A stretch of 54,949 nucleotides of DNA, the filler included, from Catajapyx aquilonaris (lineage: Eukaryota), in assembly GCA_000934665.2 (NCBI GenBank). It is 3 parts of 3 records of this genome, joined end to end, with 100 filler letters (N's around TTAATTAATTAA, not from the genome) between each part and the next. Parts side by side here need not be neighbours in the genome. Positions count along the whole stretch, not along the records: positions 36,586 to 54,949 come from KZ539609.1; 2 more parts are not named here. The stretch is one strand, 5' to 3'. The translations under genes and the position numbers were made by a program. The notes beneath the pieces were generated by a model. It was not told the origin of the DNA and made no database searches. It saw only the letters and a program-made list of their open reading frames with translations. Shown here piece by piece: positions 48,487 to 54,949 of the stretch. Positions within the stretch are counted from its first letter, which is position 1. Each line of letters opens with the position of its first letter.

Positions 48487-50967
48487 TTAATTAATTAATT
48501 ATATGAAAGATTTCAAGAGTAAAATATATCGAAAGAACGCTCAATAATTGATTAGAAAAAGTAAATACACGAGGAAAATAAATTGCACAAAATATTAAAT
48601 ACACGAGGAAAATTAATTGCACGAAATAATAAGTAGCAAAAATAAATATTACTGGAGTAAATAGCAAAAATAAATTACAGGAATAAATAAAAATACATTG
48701 CACAAATAAATCACACAAAATTTTATTACACGTAATAATAGCAAAAATAAATTACGCGAACAAATTAATTACACAAATAAATAATATATTGCGTAAATAA
48801 ATGAACCGATTGTATCCATAAATAATACACACGTGTGAGCCATATTGGTATCTGATACTATGGTTATAGTACCGGGTGTCTCGTTCCTTCGCTCGTATAT
48901 GTATATGAAAAGGACATATTCCATTTTTGACGTTACTTTACCTTGCATCGTGAAGCGCATCGAATATATTCCTTCCCCCTCCTTCCCATTCTCAACTATA
49001 ACATTACCGTCGCACAGTAAACCCACCCTCCTCCCCTTGCCGTAATGCATACCAAATATCCAGGGTGTTCTCCTGGAATCAATCATGAAAATTCGAGTGT
49101 TCCCCTTCGATCTTTTTTTTCCCCCCTACCGTTCTCTTGAAGACACTCGGCCTCTATCTATATATGGAAGCATAGCCTGTGTATATATCCAAGGAGAAGG
49201 AGGACAAAAGAAAAACTTGGTCGGGATGAAAGGAGGCAAAACCCTGGTGAAGAGAATCGATCCCCCATCCCCAGCAACGAGCTTGCAGCTATACCCCCGA
49301 ACCTTAGAAAAAGAAAAAAAAAAGTCTTGAGGGGTGTGGAGGAATGGTAACTCTTTGCATGTGACGTGCCCATTCTAATATATCCTTTCTGTTTCCTTCC
49401 TTTGCTGGAAATTTCTCCTCTGGGTAACGCGGGAGATGTAGCCACCATTTTTTTTCTCCCTTTTTTTTCCTTCTGTTGTGCCGCTTGCTTGCCCATTTTT
49501 GACAATGGGGCTTTTGAGCCTTCCTGAGATGAGATTATTACTCGAACTGGTCGTTTTGCCCAACGATCATTGTTGATCATTTCTGAGCGGTGCTTATTTA
49601 GTTGCCTTTATGCCTCCTCTAGTTATAGCTGCGGATTTGGGAAGTGGTTTACGAAGGAATGACTTAGTTTGTGTTAAGCTGTTTGCTGGTAAGGGTTTCC
49701 TGGAAGGGCTGAATAATAAGGTTGACAATAGCAGTTTAGTCATGAATGTATGTGTGCAAATTAATAATTACCGGTACATTTTAAATTGTTAATAACAATG
49801 TTACATTTTCCGTTTTAGCTCTTTAGATTATGTGATATTTATTTTATATTATATTTACTAGATTTTATATATTTATATAATATATAATGTATTTATATAA
49901 TTATTATATAATATTAATATTATAATATTATATATTCAAACACAACTTTTAAACATATGGTATTTTGAAAATATACGGTATATAAAATGCAAAAGAAATT
50001 AATTTAAACCAATATATATTATATAATACATAATATATGTATAAATACACAATAATATAATATAATATATAAATAATGTTATTATATATTTATACATATA
50101 TTGTATATTATATATGATTTATTTATTGGTTCAAATTAACTTCTTTTGCATTTTATATATACCGCATATTTTCAAAATATAATATTTTTAAAAGATGTAT
50201 TTGAATATTTATCTACTATTAACACCAAGGTGTGGCAAAAATACACCCAAATATTTAAATATATCTGACTTAATAAACAGCGATTGAAACCGCTAAGATC
50301 GACTCTAGGAATGGCTCCTTGAAATTTCTAGCCAAATAACTGCTACTTCAAAAAATTGTCAACTTATGCTCCTAGAACCGAGTAAGTAGGGCTACAGGCT
50401 ATAATAGCAAAGGAACGCTCCCATTAACCTAATATTATCAGTTAATATTCTGGTAGCCCGTAAAAATATCTGGTTAAATAGCTTCCGGGCCAAAAATCGC
50501 CGCCGCCTAAACCGTGGCATTTGACGGCCTCTAACAAGTGAAAAGTGTGCTCCAGTTTCCAGCAAGCCTCCCAGCAAGCCCAGGCGGATTGAAACTAACA
50601 ACGGGGCAAGTATACACCCGAGGATCCCCCCAGCAACTTTTCATCAAAGGACCTGCGTTGCTGGTGCTAGTTCCCAAGAGCAGTTTAAGTCTCTCTCTTT
50701 CTCCTCCCTCCCCCACCCAGAGAGTTTCTCCCCCCTCCTCCTCCTTCCCCTTTTCCACCCATCTCCGGGAGTTGGAGAATCGCAGGGTGCCAGAACTTTC
50801 CTCCCAGCATCTCTTAGGATAGTAATGTCACAAGCGTCCCTGTAATCAACTTTGAGCAAGTGTAATGCAGATAATTAGGGGATCTACTCCCTTCAATTAG
50901 CCCAACTCCTGCTAGGAAGGAGCGTTGTATACTGTAAGCTCAGGTTCTCCTGCTTGTTGCAGACTCC

Positions 50968-51826
50968 TGCTCTTCTACCTCAGCCACCTGGTGACCTAAG
51001 CATTTTCTAGTGACCTCCTCTAAAGTGACCTCCTCTTCACCCTCAGCCACCTGCTTCCACCAGCCACATCTCGACCTCTTTCTAGTACCTGCTCTTCTCC
51101 CTCAGCCACCTGGTGACTGAGCATTTCCTAGTGACTTGCTCATTTCCCTCAGCCACCTGGTGACTGAGCATTTCCTAGTGACTTGCTCATCTCCCTCAGC
51201 CACCTGGTGACTGAGCATTTCCTAGTGACTGAGCATTTCCTAGTGACTTGCTCTTCTCCCTCAGCCACCTGGTGACTGAGCATTTCCTAGTGACTGAGCA
51301 TTTCCTTGTGACTTACTTCTCCCTCAGCCACCTGGTGACTGAGCATTTCCTAGTGACTGAGCATTTCCTAGTTACTGAGCATTTCCTAGTGACTGAGCAT
51401 TTCCTAGTTACTGAGCATTTCCTAGTTACTGAGCATTTCCTAGTTACTGAGCATTTCCTAGTGACTGAGCATTTCCTAGTGACTGAGCATTTCCTAGTGA
51501 CTTGCTCTTCTCCCTCAGCCACCTGATGACTGAGCATTTCCTAGTGACTGAGCATTTCCTAGTGACTTGCTCTTCTCCCTCAGCCACTTGGTGACTGAGC
51601 ATTTCCTAGTGACATCCTCTGAAGTGATCTGCTTTTCTCCCTCAGCCACCTGGTGACTGAGCATTTCCTAGTGACTGAGCATTTCCTAGTGACTTGCTCT
51701 TCTCCCTCAGCCACTTGGTGACTGAGCATTTCCTAGTGACTTGCTCTTCTCCCTCAGCCACTTGGTGACTGAGCATTTCCTAGTGACATCCTCTGAAGTG
51801 ATCTGCTTTTCTCTCTCAGCCACCTG
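50968..51826. repeat. Two-module satellite: A=GTGACTGAGCATTTCCTA (18 bp), B=GTGACTTGCTCTTCTCCCTCAGCCACCTG (29 bp)
   Basis: AB and AAB arrays, plus a run of nine A units at 51335-51496. Confidence 0.93.
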
Positions 51827-52909
51827 ACCCTGTACCTTAATGACTTACTCATTTCCTACTGATCCTATCGTGCCTCCAACTATCTCCAGTGACCTTCTCC
51901 TTGCTCTTCTCTTCAACCCAACATGCTCTTCCCGCCCAGCCTCTTTTACCTTCTCCAAAAATGGAGTCAAGTGAGGCTTTGCCTTTTGCAAACTCAATTA
52001 GGGTCGGCGGACATGTAAACGAATTATGCGGCCCATAGATAATATCCGGTGGTAGCAGCTTGCCTTGACTTGAAGTAGCTTTTCATGTATCTATTCATTC
52101 TCATATCTGTCCGCCATTTTCTTGGGCCAAACGCTCCATGTTGCCGCTCGAGATGGTGGAGTGGAGAGGAGGGGGAGGGGGGGGGAGTAAAAATGGTGCC
52201 AGGTGCCTTTGCCCCTCTTCTCCCTCACCACTTCCTCCTTGAAACTTGGTGCGGGCCATCACGATGGGAGATGGGAGTTGGCTGGTTTTCAAGTGGGTCG
52301 TTTTGCAGAGGAGGATTGAGGCCTCTGAAGCTTATGCTGGACCTGGTTGCTACGGAGAGGATGTCCAGTTTGCTGGGATTGACCTCTAATTTTTTGGGGA
52401 GAAGGTCTTCAAAATGACCCAAGTTGATTGAATTAGTGGCTCGTTTTTTTTGGAAGTTTGTAAGATAATATGCCTAGCGTCCTATGGTCCTATAATTATG
52501 TAGGACACTTGTTAGATTTTCAGTTGTGAAGGTTCACGTGCTCATGAAAAGAAAATATTTTAAAATTTTAATTAAAAAATATTTCAGGCATATTGGTGTG
52601 ACTTCCCCTCACCAGATGGCATGAGGGCTCCTGTGCGTGCCTGGTAGTTGGAGGGAGCTATAAGTCAGTCGTGAAACAGTCCGGTTTGCGGACTAGTCGT
52701 CATAAACAGTTGCTCCATATTTGTCATATCATTAGACCACGACCTTGAGTGACCTTGCGAGGACAGAGGGATGACCTGAGCAGGTCAAACTTTACACTGG
52801 GTGAAGTTGTTTTTTAAACAGTTATTTTTTACATTATCAACACGGTTGTTAGTTATCAACAAGGATGGTTCCGCAGTACCATTATTAATATTACTCGGGT
52901 AACATCAAA

Positions 52910-53070
52910 AATGTAACATCTAATGTAACATCAACTTACATGTACTAATGTAACATCAACTTACAGGTACTAATGTAACATCAGCTTACAGGTACTAATG
53001 TAACATCAACTTACATGTACTAATGTAACATCAACTTACATGTACTAATGCAACATCAAATGTTACATCA
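52910..53070. repeat. 25-bp minisatellite TAATGTAACATCAACTTACA(T/G)GTAC
   Basis: Five full copies starting at 52921. Confidence 0.9.
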
Positions 53071-53098
53071 ATTTGAAGGCTACAGTATGGTCTACATT

Positions 53099-53310
53099 TA
53101 CCTCTTTTCCAGCCGGAAAATGTTTCCTGGAGATGGTGCAACTGGACCTTAATATGATAGCCTTTACTGTAATGTCTAATTTGAATGTTACAGGTGTAAA
53201 ATTACACTTTGCTACCTCTTTTCCCGCCGGAAAATGTTTCCTGGAGATGGTGCAACTGGTCCTTTATCAGATAACCTCTACTGTAACGTCTATTTTAAAC
53301 GTTACATCAA
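53099..53310. repeat. Direct duplication with 114-bp period
   Basis: TACCTCTTTTCC.GCCGGAAAATGTTTCCTGGAGATGGTGCAACTGG at 53099 and 53213. Confidence 0.85.
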
Positions 53311-54729
53311 TTATATGGTGTCAAATTTGTGGTGTCATATTACATAATGCTGCATGAGCTTCCACACCTTTTTTTTCTTGCCCAATTACCATCTACTTGT
53401 ACCTCTCTCGTTTCTGTAATCGTCTAACTGCCTTCCAGATACCTCCGGATGACCGCATTCGGAAGCTCGTTTCCACGAGTCCCGTCCAGGCTTTTGCCTC
53501 TAGGAGCTCCAAACTTCCTCTCAAAGCAATGCGGGTTGTCCACCATCACCAGACCGTCCCAACTTTCAAGGACTCTGCTCTATTTAGCATCTATTTCCCA
53601 GAAAGGGGGCTTAGAACATTTGTAGGCTAGACCCGTTCGCTTGCATAGCACAACTAATAGCCCCCTCAAGTCCTTAAGTCAAGCAAAGAGCATGTATTTG
53701 TGGACAGCAAACGCATATTAATTAGCATTAGTAATTAAGGAGGGGGGGGTAGGGTTGTAATTATCTGCGTTATACGTGCCAGAGCGAAAACATCGCCGAT
53801 GGGAAACGTAATTCTGATTCGCGGGCTTGGCATGCGAAGAATAACTATTAGTTGAAAATGGCGAGGTTGGGCAGGAAAAAGGGAAGGGGGGGGGNNNNNN
53901 NNNNNNNNNNNNNNNNNNNNNNNNNNNNNAGCGTTAGGTTTAGCGGCCCTAATTAATTGCACAATTAATCAATTAAAGTCATAAGGTATGCAGGTGGTGG
54001 AACTAGTTTTGGGCCAATGAATGGCCAGTTTAGATGGCTTATGAGCGATGGTTGGGATTTTTGGCCGGTAGGGTCGCTGGCCATCAGATCGTCAAAATCA
54101 AGGTGATCTACGTACATTGAGAATAAACAAATTTTATGTAAAAGATAAAATAAAATTAGCATGATTTTTCTGGAGATCAGAAGCGAATGAGGTTCGGGGT
54201 ACCTCCCCAGGAAACATTTGGCTCCCTTGAACCAAGTTTCCGTCGACTGGTCCAACAAAGACTCTAATCCAGTTAGACTAATTTTTCCCCTCGGCTGACC
54301 CAATGACCTCTCCAGTCAGGGGGTTTTGCATTATTCAGGCAGCAGACTCTCTTCCCTCTCTCTCCGGTCCACCTTTCCGAATTCACGAACCGTTTCCTCG
54401 ATTAAGGCTACTAGGACCATAGGAGAAAGGACTAAACGGTCCAAAGCCACATGAACGAAGGACTTTTTATTTTTATTTTTCTCCAGTTTGAACTCCCACC
54501 ATTTTGGATTAATCCAAGCCATTTGGGTGGGTGGTGTTGCCTGGTTAGTGTCAGTGATTGGGTCAAATGTGTGTCAAGTCACATCGAACAGAAAACAAGT
54601 CATTGGTTTAATCCAGGATTTGTATAATTACCATTAATGAACGATTAAGGGGAGCCAGGATTCATTGATAAATTCTATGAGAATGAAAAATGAAAAATAT
54701 ATTATCAATAATAGTCACTATCGAGTGAA

Positions 54730-54949
54730 TGAATAATTATTGATGGATAAATGATGAATTCTGTGAGTAAATGAATGATGTATTCTGTGAGTAAATGAAT
54801 GATGTATTCTGTGAGTAAATGAATAATGTATTCTGTGAGTAAATGAATAATAATTGATGGATGAATGATGAATTCTGTGAGTAAATGAATCATTGATGGA
54901 TGAATGATGAATTCTGTGAGTAAATGAATCATTGATGGATGAATGATGA
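54730..54949. repeat. Minisatellite ATTCTGTGAGTAAATGAAT (24-39 bp variants) running off the window
   Basis: Direct reading. Confidence 0.9.

Overview
Repeat-rich genomic DNA from an invertebrate animal (arthropod-like; the organism cannot be fixed from sequence alone). There is no prokaryotic content and no CRISPR. The window is three assembled segments joined by artificial 100-bp linkers (N44-TTAATTAATTAA-N44) at 17791-17890 and 36486-36585. Segment 1 carries the first seven coding exons of exportin-6 (XPO6) on the minus strand, about 442 codons with consistent GT-AG phases; the gene runs off the left edge. Segment 2 ends with the first two coding exons of a secreted M14B zinc carboxypeptidase (CPM/CPD-like) on the plus strand. 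Segment 3 has no recognisable gene. The rest consists of four tRNA-derived SINE families, many MITEs whose target-site duplications (TSDs) point to Tc1/mariner-pogo, piggyBac, hAT, Kolobok-like, Sola-like and P/Galileo-like groups, a pogo transposase remnant, and modular satellites. The most notable signals are: a dispersed TIR-less element (at least 10 copies) carrying an extended CTCF-like motif plus an AP-1 site; a 120-bp Helitron-like cassette packed with promoter motifs; a GGACTTCA satellite with a 204-bp higher-order repeat; and SINE insertions positioned to affect XPO6 RNA processing. Most short ORFs in the supplied track are spurious.
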